DNA of 64,000 nt from Octopus sinensis (GCF_006345805.1 NC_043003.1:43772001-43836000), one strand, 5' to 3'. Shown: positions 24,880 to 40,550, counted from the first letter of the stretch. Numbers and translations: made by a program. The notes: generated from the letters alone by a model not told the origin.

Positions 24880-26060
24880 TGTCATTTGTTGTTCCTCTGG
24901 TAGACGAAAATGACACACTGTATGGTTGAGCTTCTGCAGAATTCCAGCATGGTAAATCCTGATAGCATCTGTGAAAGAAACCGTGAGCATACTTTATCTA
25001 ATATATCATTTGGCGCCCGGATTTCATACCAGCTATTAAAGAAAAATTCAAGCAACTGAGTTGCAGACTTTGACGTGTTTGCCGTAGAGTTCTGAAGGTG
25101 TGGGGACATAAAGTGGCACTACTCTCGCTATTATTTGGAGGAAATCACTGGACACTGCCTGTATTCCTGACAATATAGACAGCTTTCCCAGTCGATTTTC
25201 CCAGTTTTCAAAAAATGCAACAAATCGCTGGCATTGAATTACCAATAGAACTCACTTCACATTACATCGAATTATTTGAGAAAGTGATGAGATCAAGAGT
25301 AACTCACTCCCTGAAAAGTAACAGTCTTGTTATTCGCAACCAACATGGTTTCCGCAATGGCAGGGAATGCCTAACACTGCTCCTGCTTCACTTCAATAAT
25401 GTCTTAAACACTTGAGGAAGGGCTTCAATACAGCTGTCCTCTATATTGGCCTCTGCAAGGCCTTCAACAGAGTTGACCATAGCATCCTATTTCAGAAACT
25501 AACAGACAAGTCTGACGGAAACTATTAAAGTGAATTGAAAATTTTCTGGTGAACAAAGCCGAGCATGTCATGATCTATGACGTTAGATCAATCTTAGTAA
25601 GGGTCATCAGACAAGACACTGTATAGGGCTGACACATCAATGACATCATTGAAATCATCAAACATAGCTGCATTAGAATTCTCGGGGATGCTGAAGACAG
25701 ACACCTTTCTTTTTGGCCAAACCTCATCTAAGTTTTCCTGGTTTAAAATAAAAAGCTGTTCAGGCTGGAGAAACAAATTATGGTTTCTGTGAAATCTGTT
25801 CTGTCAAAAATCATACTCGAGTGACATCACAGTACTAAGAAGTATTTCCTCTCAAATAGCCTCGCTCTCTTTAACACCATCCTAAGATGCATTAGAGAAG
25901 AATAATATTTTGTGACATCTGAAAGTGTTCCTTGTTGAATATCTCCAACAATTTTCGGATAAAACATATACATCTGGATGTATCCGGTATATAATAATCA
26001 TTTACACGAATAGGCTATAGCGCACAAAAAATGATTGTAATATAAAACATTATTATTTAT
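24880..26060 (+). mobile_element. CR1/L2-group LINE fragment with a degenerate reverse transcriptase
   Basis: LTSHYIELFEKVMRSRV..RNQHGFRNGRECLTLLL..KAFNRVDHSILFQKL (25215-25500); HINDIIEIIKHSCIRILGDA (degenerate YADD region); LALFNTILRCIRE C-terminal region; many stops and frameshifts. Confidence 0.8.
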
Positions 26061-27736
26061 CATTCCCAGTAGGTGCTATTAAGTAAGCTTTCTCGCCGAA
26101 ACATCTAGGTATTATAAATGTATGTATATAAGCGTATATGCGAGTCTACATTTGTGTGCATGTACATATATATGTAATTCTGTATACACACAGACTTTTG
26201 TGTACACACATAAACTTGTGTATGCACACATTTAAGTGCATGCATATATAAGTCTCATAACAAAATAACCAAAGATAATGGTGAACCACCGGGAGATATA
26301 TACGGGTCACAATAGTTTTGAGTATAAAATAATTTAAGTTTGCATGCTGCTGGAATAAATATTATTTGACGTGGTTTGCTTCGGAGAAGGAGAACCAGGA
26401 AGAGGAAAAGAAAGAGAAAAAAAAGAAGCATTTTATCTTTATGAAATATGGGAAGAATATCAAATTAACTTTTACGACTACGTGGGTGGTAAAGACACGG
26501 AAGAACGAAGGAAGATATTGCCATATAGGCCTCTAGGAGGTATATCCGTGAGCAAACATGCGTACGATGGAGATGTTAATACGTATACGACACGCTTACT
26601 ATATAGACCTGTAGGCGCACGTGTATACATGTTGAAGTTCTTAGGTGTACATTAACGTATTAAAGTATTTGCTTAATAAAGTATTCTGTATTTCTGAATA
26701 TATATATATATATATATGGGGGGGTATGTGTATAAATAAATATATATATATACATACACACATACATTCATACATACACATACATTCATACACAATTATG
26801 CAAAAATATACCAGATTAACAGATATAATCCTTGGCATATACGCAAATGATTATATGCAGTTGTGTGTGGATGATTCATGGTGTACATATACAGAAGCAA
26901 TGATATATTCTCATACGAAAAGATACTTTGTGTATCGTACTTCGTGTTCGGGAAAGATGTTTAAGGAGATGGCTTGGCGTGTTCCAAACGTGCCACATTC
27001 GAGATACCATGGTTAAAATCCATTTATTACCCAGAACAACTCACTGTTTCACCAACGTACTTCTGCTCGGAGGCCTCATTCTTTATCTTAACCCTCAACT
27101 ATATATTCATATATAATCTGGCTTTGTACTTTCGTAGCGTAATACTTCACGACGGTATAAGAACTGAAAAAAAATCCATAGCTAGGTCCATAGTTCAAGT
27201 ACGTAAAAACATTTAACGTAAAGATAGCAATATATGTATGTCTGTATGTAGAATTTCGTATAACTATCTATCCGTCAGATTGTCTGTCTATCCGTCTATC
27301 TCTATATTTATATGCATCTCTTTGTGTGTGTGTGTATGTGTGAGAGAGAGACTATAGTACTATATAATGAGTGTAGTGTGTACATGTGTAGATGTTAACT
27401 GATGGATGTCAATGTTTTTAGATTGTGCAATATCCATCGGGAATTATGAAAGCTGTTTATCCAGTGACGTCCAAGAATTCCATTAAAAGCCTTCACGTCT
27501 CTACGAGATTACTGGACATAATCACTACAGTCACAACACACACATACACAAACACACACATGAGCAGAAATGTATATATGTCTATCTTCGTGTGTATGAT
27601 TACATTTATCTTATATCTGTGTGTGTGTGTGTGTGTGTGTGTGAGTGTGGCTACATTGAATTAATATGTTTATTACATAAAAGAGTAAATTTAGTATATG
27701 TGTATCTGAGTGCTTATAGATATAGAGTGCTTATAT

Positions 27737-27767
<31 letters not shown>

Positions 27768-30336
27768 TGGAGAGGGAAAGATACCAAAATGTATGTATGT
27801 TCGATGCATCATACATTTATGATAAAAATATGATATTCTTGTACTATGAGAATGTTCTCCTTGCTAGTCAACAAGATCAACTCCATTCGTTTTCTGAGCT
27901 AATCCCGGTGAATGAACTGAAATAGCTGAAGCATAGTATGCTTGGATCTTGAAGAAAGAACAGATATTGATACTTTTACGAACCCTTAAATAAGTGGTTT
28001 ATGTTTGCGCCTGTTCTGAATTATTTTATTTTACTACAGGGGTTTCGAAATTTTCGAGTAAATCGTTCCTTCGTAGAATCAACTACAGCGAAATACTTGC
28101 TCCAAAATCTCCCGTTATCTTGAATAAAATCAATATAATTATACTACTTTGCCAAATAGGGAAAAGAAAAAAATATGAGTATCAATAAATTTGCGATCGA
28201 AAACATGCTGACGAATTCAAAGTCTCTGACTATGATAAAACCCGTATTTGGAGTGTCTGAAGTGAATAATAGCCCCTTTAATTATAGAATCCCAATATAG
28301 ACTTATTTTCAAGGAAATAATTAAAAAATTTTTATATACGACTATGTTTTCGGGTTCCCCATTAGCGATATTAAATATATTCTTGAAAGCTCTCTATATT
28401 CACTTACTTCCATTATATCCGAGTAATTTTATCATTCCACAGTCTGGCTTGAATACTTCATTAGCAAATTTATCATGTGCAATGTTATACCATCGTGACC
28501 GGTGTCGCTCCAGTTTTCCGCAATTGGCTTGCTGCAATTTACAATGATATTTGCTGGTAGGTTTGGGTAAATGAGAGACTAACTGAATTATTTATTCAGT
28601 ACCATGGGCTCGATCAGTCAAGATTATCCTCTCTCGTCTGCGACACTTGGGCTATTACTGCAGAAACTAAAGACGTGAGAAGTATACTCCTGTAAATAGG
28701 ATTTGAAAGAAGAGCATCGATAGGGGCATAAGGAGTCACCGTCATTGTGCCGGGCACCAGACAACACGTGATGATTTGTACTGCTCAAAGAAACACAAAC
28801 CTAGGAAAGTCAGCGCACCTGCTGCTCAGCACCTGGAGAGAGAGATTCGTGCCGTCTAACAGAATCGTGTGACGCAGGACAGGGACGGGTTAAATTGCTG
28901 GGTGTTTGGTTTTGGTCCTGTTAGGTCGATTTGACGAGCAGTGTGGCCAATGTCAGTCAGAAATAGCCCGCGGAAAAACTATCCCTGAACGTTCGGTCAG
29001 AGGTGTTGAAATCAAATATCTCCTTCGTCACAAATTACTATCTGACCGGTGTTATTTGCCCTATTTCCACGTTTCATTCGACTGGAGATCTTATCCTTCT
29101 GCTTTCAGTAGAAGGGATGCTTTCCACTGGTTTGATGCTCTGTTTATCGTCAATGAACACTGAGTGGCAGACTAGACATACCATGGCTGACGATGCGCAG
29201 ACATGCGCTTGAAGGAAGACAGCGCCAGCGTCTCCTTGATGGTGAAGAGAAGTGGTTACCATTTGACAGATTCGTTTTCCTTCTGCTCTTCTATTTCACT
29301 GAGTTGCAATCTTGGATCAATTACAGAACAAGGCAAGGCGCCTGACAACCAGAATACGCCTTGTGATCATAGCCTTTTGTCGATGGTCGCTAGAAGTTAG
29401 ACATCAGTGTTCAATATAGATTTAGTGGCGAAAAATTAAGGAGGTTCAAGAGAGACTCTGGGGTTTAACGGCAATAAAATTGGTTGTTTTTTCCGTCGTT
29501 ATCTCGGGTCGGTGCTCATTTATAATCTGTAGAAACGTCTAACATGAGTTTACTAGCCGGATATTTGCTAGCTCAAGATAAAATCTACCTCATGGAAGTG
29601 CCTTAAGGCGGACCACCCTGAGATGCAAGTCAAACGACGATTCTGTTCTGCGCACACTGACCCATTTATTGAGCCTTGAAGACTTGTGAAGTAATGTCGA
29701 GCACTTGTTATCAAGTGTAGGTAGGATCCAGCTAACACTTCAGTGCATTATGAAGATCATCCCACCGCATTTCTCTAGCCGAGAGGAATAAAGATTCTAT
29801 ATATTTCTGATAGCCTTAGTGAAAGTAATTCTGTCGTGCAACAGAGGGAAAATACTGAAGACAGACACCTTCACCTTTGGCCAAAGCCTCATCGTTGTTT
29901 TTGTGGTTTCACCTAAAAAGCTACCTAAGGCTGGAGAAGGAAAAGCTACCTTACTGCAAACTTGTTGAAAGGAAATGAGAGTGGCACAGATGGACTAAGT
30001 GAACATACCTCTTTTTTAGTGTGTAAATTGTGAGAGGAGTATAAGGAGCCGGATGCCTGCGGATTTGATAGGATTTCATGAGCTGTATTCAGACGTCTAC
30101 CTTCTTTTGATCATATGTGCGGGCAAGCAAATAAACACGGTGTTGAAGCGTTAACAGTACATGTGGTTAAAGAAATATCGTGCATCCACGCCAGTGACAG
30201 TATGTAGAGGACAGAACACGTACACATACTCTAAGATATTTTTATATTTACATGCTTCCTTAACACTGCTTCTTATAGTATCGAATTGTAACGTTTTCGA
30301 TTTTTTTGTAAACCCTAAGTAGTTGATAAAGAAAAC

Positions 30337-30458
30337 CTTCTTCTTCTTCTTCTTCTTCTTCTTCTTCTTCTTCTTCTTCTTCTTCTTCTTTTCTTCTTCT
30401 TCTTCTTCTTCTTCTTCTTCTTCTTCTTCTTCTTCTTCTTCTTCTTCTTCTTCTTCTT
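30337..30458. repeat. (CTT)n microsatellite
   Basis: Direct reading. Confidence 0.95.
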
Positions 30459-32045
30459 TATAACTAATAGTATGTTAATTTTAGTTGTGAGCAATTAATG
30501 TTTATTTTTAATCTATTCACTTCTTTTACTTTTTCTTATCATTAATGTGTGTTTTGTGAAATTTTGTTATATGATTAAATTTAAAGATTGACTAAATTTG
30601 TTAATACAATCGCCACTGTACCACTTTTTGACCGTTGACACAAATTATTTAATGATTGAATGAAATAACCTTTTTGTGGTTTTCTATGGCTAATATGTCT
30701 TCCGCGTTGTAATTGATTTAGCTTTAACAAACCGTCTCAGATCTAATCGCATGCCAGCGTAATTCCAAAGCAAAAATAATCTAGACGCAAATTAAATAGT
30801 AGATATTATGATAAAGACATAGCGGATTTTAGATGTTTGAAATGGAACTGATTTGTTTTAAATTTGATTTTAATTCTAATTCTGCCTTGTTGTTTTATTG
30901 ACGTAGAAAACCACGCACAAGACTAGCTGGTCTACAGCTATACTTGCAGGTATTTCACGATATGTCAAATAACGAAGCAAGTAGTATGCATACAGGAAGA
31001 TTCCAATTGAATCCTGTATGAGCAAACAGTGCTGAGTTCAAAGTGAAGTTAAGGAATCTATTGCTGCTGTATATACACAATGTTTAAGTGATAACAGCAT
31101 ATATGCGGGTAAGCAAATAAACACGGTGTCGAAGTGTTAACAGTATATGTGGTTAAGCGAATATCGTGCATCCACGATAATGACAGTATGTAGAAGATAG
31201 AACGTCTACATATTGTATGATAGTCGACTAATTAATTCTTAGCCCTCAATGTACACTTGATATCCTTTGCAAAAAATCTATATTCAAATAATTGATTGAA
31301 TGTGTCTACTACAAACAAACTACAGGCTACATGTAATCATGTGGGAAGAATGCTTTCATTAAATTTAGAGCTTATACAACTAGAATAATCGTGTATTGTA
31401 TTTCGAAATACCTGTGACTCATTTGCTCTGAAAAGTGTTTTGATACTTTTCCAAAGAGTGTTGTCAGTAAAACTTAACCGTAATATTTTACTTCTTTAAT
31501 GAATTCATTGCAAACATGGTTTGGCAAAACTGTTTTGAGAAGGAAATAATATAATTTACTGGGGCATTATTTCAATTTGTAGTTCTAAATTTATACAAGC
31601 TTAACTAAGGAGCTGTAATACAAGGACCGTGTCTTTAGCAATACAAAACCCTCGGATAACCGTTTGTATCAACTCTACGTTTCAGAAGTTATTCACGTCA
31701 ATACTTACTAGGAGCAGGTGAAGTTCATAGGATTCCTACATTTTCGTGCTTTCCGGTGTAATATCGAAATCATATATAGATATATTTGTTCTTCAAGGAA
31801 ACCAATCAGTTTAAGAGGCTTCTCCATTAACTTCTTTAATTTCACTTTCTTAAATATAAATATACCGCGTTCCTTTGGCTTCGCTTTACTCGGTGCGTAC
31901 GTTGAACATCTATAACGTATTCATCACAGTGTCGTTCAAATATGGAACTTTACTTTTTGTTCCAGCTTAACGTCAATATAAACCTCTAATCTGTGTCTCA
32001 ATATTGTGCTTACCATTACTGTATCACTTAGCTCTCTCTGTCTGT

Positions 32046-32132
<87 letters not shown>

Positions 32133-33062
32133 TACCCTACAACTCCACTTTGTTATATATATGTATATATAAATATATATAAATATATATATATATACAA
32201 ACACGTATGTATATATGTATTAATACATATGTATACGTTTTTGCGTACGTACACACGTACTCGCGTACATAAACACACAATCATACATATAGAAATACAT
32301 ACTTACTCATATACATACATATATTCATACATACATACACTGATGCATATCCATTCACCCACAACTTTGTTCCTTTGGCACTATTACTCTGTTTTGCTTC
32401 CACACATTCTTTCATCTGCAGTTCTCTGATATCATAGCTTTCTCGTGATAAATGATATCGCACCAATATAATTAACGAGCTCTGTTATATTTATTTATCT
32501 AGTTCAACATTTATTAGTTTCCTTATTTACTTAGACATACCATCATCTTAGATGTTTGTAACAAATCACTGCCACCTCGAAGTACTTCTGCATTGTTAAT
32601 TACTGCAAACTTTAATACTACCCAAAATTTAATGGTATTTCTAGTTCTTTCTTTTCTATATTTGAATATCACACAATCCTTGCTATTTCAGGGGTTATAT
32701 GATCCCAACAATACCATAAATAAAATATGCAGTACTGCATCAAAGCAGCAGTTTGGTTTATGTACTTTAGATTGTGTATTTTCTTTCATATTACACTTGT
32801 CTTCTGCAATGCATTTTATACAAGTAAATAGTTAAGAGGGACGACGTATCCTTACCACAGATCATAACTGTAACGTTCCAAACATCAACGAAGCGTTGAT
32901 GACATCATGTTTCTATATATTGTATTTCACAGTGATTCTCTATCATACATATTTTTTTACATTTTAAAACTCTTCATCTCATTCTTCTGTCTGCCTCTCC
33001 TTCTCTCTCTCTATACCCCTCTCTCAATATATATATATATATATATATAAATATATATATAT

Positions 33063-33354
33063 ATCACGTGATTACGTGACCGACCAGACCATCAGATGTT
33101 GTTACACATCGCTGGTCACAATGCGTTCGCATTGTTTTAGCCTTCGCATTGTTTAAGCGAGCAGGCCAACAGAAGAAAGAGTGGGCGAAAGAGTAGTGAA
33201 AGAGTACAGCAGGGATCCCCCCCCCTTGCCGGAGCCTCGTGGAGCTTTTAGGTGTTTTCGCTCAATAAACATTTACAACGCCCGGTCTGGGAATCGAAAC
33301 CGCGATCATGCGACCGCGAGTCCGCTGCCCTAACCACTAGGTCATTGCGCCTCC
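33063..33354 (-). mobile_element. tRNA-derived SINE (family A), second copy
   Basis: Minus-strand head ggaggcgcaatgacctagtggttagggcagcggactcgcggtcgcatgatcgcggtttcgattcccagaccg with A and B boxes; homologous to 2773-3078. Confidence 0.88.
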
Positions 33355-33649
33355 ACATATATATATATTATACGCACATACATACTCATAAACACACACA
33401 TACATACATATGCATTAATATATATGTATAAGTACTCGCATACATACATACACAGACACAAATGCATACCCACTTATGTGTGCATGTGTTCATGTAGAAC
33501 CCTTTTTTTCAGTTAACTGAAGTCGCTCCTTTAGGAAAGCACTGGTTTCAAACAAGATACGATGTTTCATTTGGTGGTGCATAGTTAATAAAAGGTGTCA
33601 CATGGTGAAAATCTTGCATATATGTAATGTTTCTCTTACAGCTTGCATT

Positions 33650-33704
33650 AGGTATGTATGTATGTATGTATGTATGTATGTATGTATGTATGTATGTATG
33701 TATG

Positions 33705-33776
<72 letters not shown>

Positions 33777-33790
33777 CGTGTGTGTGTGTA
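33650..33790. repeat. (TATG)n/(TA)n/(TG)n microsatellite
   Basis: Direct reading. Confidence 0.95.
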
Positions 33791-36700
33791 TACGCGTCTC
33801 CCTGAATATGTATTTGTGTATATGTGTGTATGTGTTTGTGTTGTGCTGCCGGGTTCTTTCTCGATCCATGTTATCTTGCCTACCGGAGTTACCCTTGATC
33901 AACTTTGTGTTACTAGTAACTTATCCAGTAAGTAATAGCAAGTTTAATAAAAATTATTATCCGAGTGATTGAATGCTTTTTAACCAACGTGTAACGCCGT
34001 CCTTCATGTCCTTACATTGAAAATTCAGTAACTCTAGACTCAATTAACTCTAAAAATCTTCTGCATCTTCTTCGTTTGGGAACTGTTCATTAGTTATGAA
34101 GTAGTGAATGTGTTTCATAACATGGAGGTCTTCGGGAGATAGGTCAGTAGAATAAGGAGGATGAGGCACAACTCTGATTCCCAACACATATATAACTTTG
34201 TAAGCCTCACACTTCACAAATGTGGACGGGCGTTATCATGAAGAATAGGACTTTATGATTGACTAACGCAGGTTGCATCTCACGTAACTTGCTATGCATA
34301 CCTCTAGCGGATAATTTTCGACACAATCTATCGTCCGGTCAGCATGCACATTTTTGGGTGGAATTCAGGCATTGGAAATGCTTTGCTAATTTGTCAAGCG
34401 GCAGTGCAGATTTTGTTGCTGTAAATAATAAACATGTTATCACACGTTATCGTCCGTCCAATTAATGGACCATTCTCATTTCTCAGCAGCAGGTTAGATC
34501 TCCTGACTTCGTTTTCTCTCGTCTCCCGCCAGTTTATAAGGATCCGTCTATCTAAAAGATTAGAAAGGATTGATTAGAAAATTGAATTTTCCTATGGGAA
34601 AATGTTCGAGCATCTTACGGACTGCTTCCCTTAGTACGTCATTTTCAAAGTACTATCTTCTTCCTGAATGATCGAAATCACTAAGACTCTCATCACTGAA
34701 ACCAACACTCTACTTTACTCATAGATACCGATCCTTAACCAACTGCTTCGTTAATATCTCATGCAGTTTTCGAAGCATTCTAACCTTGTTTAAACTAGGG
34801 AAACATTATATGAAAGTCCTATCTGTCCATGCTGTTGGTAGGGTTGATTAATATAAACTGTAAAAAGAAGGATATGACTCTTAAGATCTTGAAAACATTT
34901 TAATTAACATAAGCTTAAACTCCGTTATAATCTCTAATTACACCCTATACAATTTTTTGCTATTAATTTCTAGACACCCGAAAATGTCTGTAGCATAGGG
35001 TGTTTTATGAGTGGGAAGAGCCAGATGTTTCCAATTTTTAGTGACATTCTTTGCAACCGATGATTTTGAAAGTGTTCACGGTTTTCACGGTTTTCATTGT
35101 TGATGGAAAATTTTCACTCCATTATCTGCCGTCGTTGTGAATAATACATCGGGAATAATATGCTGCTTTCTCTATCTCTCTCTCTCTCTCTGCTTCACAA
35201 TATTCTCCAACTCATTTGGCTTCATGGCGCCAGTTCTAGGTTATACTGCAAGGCGGTTATTGTTAAAATTATTTTAAGGGATGATTCTTTAAATCAACAT
35301 GAGGCCAACCGATAAGAAAGAAGTACGACGTTGATCGTATTGTTGGGAATATTCCGACATCTCATCAAAGGTTTTAGTTTTATGCTAACTTTTGTGATAT
35401 TCTTTCGTGACCGGTACAACAGGAGCCAGTGTCTCTCATGTCTCTAGTAACTTAGTCATCTAATAGATCTTTGCTGCGATAACATAATCATTAAAATGCG
35501 AACAAAAAACAACCAGTAAACTATGACTAGTTAAGCTAACTTTGAAAACTCATTCTTTCCTCAATACAGCCTTTCAAAGATGATGAATTGTTTGCATAAT
35601 TCTTTCGTTTAAGATTATTTAATTTATATTGTAGTGTTATTGTGAAATTGGAATCCTTTTTCTTACGACTTGAACACCTGCACAATGCAAGTTTCACGTG
35701 ACATCAAATACGTATGCAGAAGCCAACACACATACACAAACACACAGCAGACATTCACTCACAATATATGTACCTTACATATCCTACATAATGTATTTCC
35801 GTTCCTCAGTACTTTTCATTTGATGAAGTGAACATTAATGTCGTTAGAAATATTTCTCATTGCTAACGTGGCAAAACTTTCGACGTAAAATATGGAGTTA
35901 CTTTCTTCAAAACTCTATTGGTAATTGAAACCATATACCTAAGTAGCGTTGTTTGCACACCCATCGCTCTAGAAATTATATAATGTAGTATGTTTTATCC
36001 AGGAAAAATACTCTGTATCATTTTGGTGTTCATATAGGGAATGTTGTGGATTTGTTTTTCTTCAAACTAGTTCAGTGGTTACGGAAATGAAAATAACATC
36101 AGGCTAATACCTATAATAATTCCATTCATTTCTAGGATATGCTTTACGTATATAAATTTCTTCTCTGCTCTTGACTGAAACATTATTTTAATCGATACTA
36201 GAATGATGAAAGGAAAAGCTGATTTCCCCGGGATTTAAATTTGAACTGACCATGCATTTATTCGTGACTAAATTCTACATGCCTTTTGTGTAACATTCGT
36301 ATTGCAAATTTATTGGGGAAAATGTTGCTTATACAATTTTGCTCAATACTGGAAAACCATGAATATAAAACAACTGAGATAATGATTCATTCTAAGATTC
36401 ATGAATAATTGTAGGTTTCGAAACTACATCTTTAAGAAAGTGCATTCGTTGTGAGTAACATTATTAAGAAGCTTGCACAGATCATATAAAATGTAAGCGG
36501 CCATTCAAACTTAGAATGTCTACCACTACATAGAATGTCACTATGTACTGACATTGTGAAACACGATCTTTGTATATATGCATCATCTGTAACACTGACA
36601 CAGCATTTAAGAGATAACGAAGAAATACTTTCTCATTGATTTATCCATTGACATGTTGAACCTAATTCATGCGTCTAAAGAATGACCATCGGTTATATAG

Positions 36701-37548
36701 ATCGTAAATAAATTGATAAATTCATCCACCATCAACGATATCGGAGATCAAAATGACGAAGATATATGGAGATTAGAAATTGAAAACATCTGAGTTAGGC
36801 TAATGAGATTTCGACAACAAAAGAGAGTAACCAAACGAAAAGTAGGTAATTGAAAATTCAGCCATAAATGACACGATGAAACTGAAAAGGCCAATCAACA
36901 AAAATAAAAGGAAAACTTTTCAGAAAACATTTAGAATATACAAAAGGACTACAATCTCACCACACTCCTGCTCTCAGAAATTAAACAGAAACACTGTCCA
37001 AATATCATACCCTCCAATCATATAATGTTAGAAGGTCTGTTTGAAATCAATAGTAGATAAATTGAATCTGTCAGACATTTTGTATCGATCATAAAATAAA
37101 ATGTTTTTAAAATTATCGCTAGAAATGTCTATAAGTAAGACGTATGAGATTTAAATATCGCACTAGTTTGGTTTATTACAGAGCACATAATAAATACATT
37201 TTCGTGTTTGCTGTTCACTTTACTCTCGGCAATGCCAATGGCCTTTACGTAACTTTTGAGTTGCTATGTTTTACTGAATATAATGTCTATAGGCTTGTTC
37301 AAGTAAAATTGCCGCAGTTGATAGGTGCAGAGGGAAATGGGAGAGTAAGGAACCTCTATATTTTTGGTTACTTTTTCCTTTCATGAACTATATTAATAAA
37401 ATTCATATGTATTGTAAGAAACGCAACAATAATTGTGGAAACCTGGAGAGCGACACAGGTATTTAATTCTAATAGTCTTAATTCTGGAGTTTTGAGCGTT
37501 TGGTCGTCGGTATAGAAACGGCAGACAAGAGTGCATTGTCAGGGATAA

Positions 37549-37627
<79 letters not shown>

Positions 37628-37786
37628 AGGGAGAGAGAGAGAGAGAGAGAGAGAGCGGGAGAGAGAGTGAGAGGAGTGTTCAAACCCACTGTCAATTGAG
37701 TGGCTAGAGAGAAGTAAAAGATTCTTCCTTGGCGGAATATAATTAAAGATTTAGCACGCAGTGTTGGCGATGGAGGCTGCATGCGA

Positions 37787-37787
37787 A

Positions 37788-37860
<73 letters not shown>

Positions 37861-37870
37861 GGTGGTGGTG

Positions 37871-37928
<58 letters not shown>

Positions 37929-37935
37929 TGGTGGT
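37787..37935. repeat. (TAG)n/(TGG)n microsatellite
   Basis: Direct reading. Confidence 0.95.
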
Positions 37936-38839
37936 GTATATGCGTGCTCATGAATGTGTATCCCCGAGTGTATGTATTGGATTATTCTGTGTGAGATTTC
38001 GTACTCAAAATTTCCGCATTTCGCTTACAGCTAAAAGCCAAAATATATTCTTGAACGTCATTTGCGGCTACTTAATGAGAATATATATGGACTTCAGCTG
38101 AATACGACAGGAACTGCAATCACAAGATAAATTCATTTGTTTTCTTGAAAATTATTAATAACATTAAACATTATTAATTTCATTTTTTGTTGCAAAATAT
38201 TTCCAATTGTTCCAAGTACTTCAATTAATATCACTCTGAATAGTATACAGATATTCAATAAATTTCAAGATACGTCACTTGTTTATTTAAGAGAAACGAA
38301 ATATAGTATTTCTATGTAATTTGGCGTACAAAACGATAAAGAAATGAATTAAAATATGAAGTGTACTTGAATAAAAATTGTACTGATTGTCAGCGCTATC
38401 AAAGTAGAAATGTCAAAATTAACACACTGGATCCTATTTCATAAGGTATCGCATTCAAGCATAATTTATAATATGGTTTGTGTGTGTGTGTGTGTGTTTG
38501 TGTGTGTGTACATGTGCGTGCCAGTGTGTGTGTGTGTATATCTATATTTGTTTGTATAATACACTAACACACATATAAAAACACCCACAAACACTCACAC
38601 ACATGCACAGATATTTACAATAACCGCGACTGCAACAACATGTTGAAAATCAGGAATGCGTTATAGTATAAATAAATATTCACATGAATAACACAGGCAT
38701 CTCTATCTTCGTTTACTGAGAGAATCCCAGAATGAGCTCTGCAAATTAATTGGAAGTTATTTGGCTCACTGTCGTTCCTCATCTCCCTCACTCCTTGTTT
38801 CTCGTTCTATATCCGCATATACATGTGTGTGTTCGTGAA

Positions 38840-39040
<201 letters not shown>

Positions 39041-39614
39041 TACGTATACACCTACATATGTTTTTATATTCACCACACTTTCGTTATTTATGTCGTATAG
39101 TGATAGTCTTATCAAGTGCCCCCCACACACAGTATAAATGAATATATCTTGAATTTACTGTTGACGGTACGAATTCGTAGAGAGGTTCTGATAATGGTTA
39201 TTTCTCATGATTCTCTGATATTTCTCCCAATTCCGACTCGGTGAAATTTGCCTTTCGTCTGTTACGGCTCCAGTATTCAAATTTTCGAAATTGGACAGAA
39301 TAGTGCGAGGGACGGGGGAGGGTTTTATCTCTGTAATAAAGGTCCGTCGTTCTGAGTTCAAATACTGCCTTAAGAGAAATTAATGAACAGTATTAGCTCA
39401 TTTAATGAAAACTAATGCTCAAAGAGCATCACGAAAGAAAAAAAAACAATAAAAGAATGGGAACCAATAGCAAATGAATTTCTCTACAAGAATTATTCGT
39501 TGGATCTCTTAAACAGCACCAATCAGATTCTATAGTGACTTATGTAATATGTATTAGGTATCACATATGAACGCATAAACTGTATTCTTTCATAATAATG
39601 AAGACATTATATTA

Positions 39615-39653
39615 TTCATATCTGTGTGTGTATACATATATATATATATATGA

Positions 39654-39687
<34 letters not shown>

Positions 39688-39698
39688 TATATATATAT

Positions 39699-39739
<41 letters not shown>

Positions 39740-39768
39740 TATGTATATATTTTTGTATACACATATAC

Positions 39769-39819
<51 letters not shown>

Positions 39820-39855
39820 TATGTATATATGTATGTGTGCGTGTGTGTGTATGTA
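39615..39855. repeat. (TA)n/(TG)n microsatellite
   Basis: Direct reading. Confidence 0.95.
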
Positions 39856-40502
39856 TGTAATGCAATAGATATTAGCAGGAAGGACAAAAGGTATTTGAAT
39901 TTGAAATGATGCTGTATTGTTAGCTGCTATTGTTAAATGTATACATGGAGTGATACTTGCTAGTACTCAAGAGAAACTGTTTGATGTCCTCTAAACATGA
40001 AAAAGGATTATCACTGAGAAACCTGCCTTGTTGAATAGGATGTATATAAATCTTTGATATTCAGAGTGTGCATGCGCAGACGCACGCACACGCGTACACA
40101 CAAACACAAAGAAACACACACACACATGCGCATAGAATCTCACAGGCAGCAGTATGTACTTGGATATAAACGAAAAGAATTAAACACCTATTTATGGTTG
40201 ACATATAATGACACTTTATTTAATATGGAAGGGGTACATATGTGAACGCAGATATATACGAACACAATTGTATGCTATGCATACGTACACACACACACAG
40301 GCACGCGCACACGAAGGCACGCACACAGTTTTAAAAAGGGACACATGCGTATCTGACCATATAATTGTAGTTACGCATTTTACTGTATCTCGCGCAGAAC
40401 TACGTGAAGTGTATGCATGTCGGTGGATTACGCGGCCACTCTTCTTGTTCTCATCGTAAAAAAGTACCTGTATATATATATATGTATATATAGCTTCCTG
40501 AA

Positions 40503-40550
40503 GCTTCCTGATGATTTCTTTTCAATGAAACAGTTCTAGTCTGTAGAAGC
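40503..40550 (+). ncRNA. Type I hammerhead ribozyme with weak stem II
   Basis: gcttc-CTGATGA-tttcttttcaat-GAAA-cag(ttctagt)ctg-TA-gaagc; stem I gcttc/gaagc extends to 6 bp. Confidence 0.7.

Noticed and set aside
33280-33354. tRNA-like sequence with A and B boxes
   Set aside because: It is the head of a SINE continuing into the SINE body, not a tRNA gene
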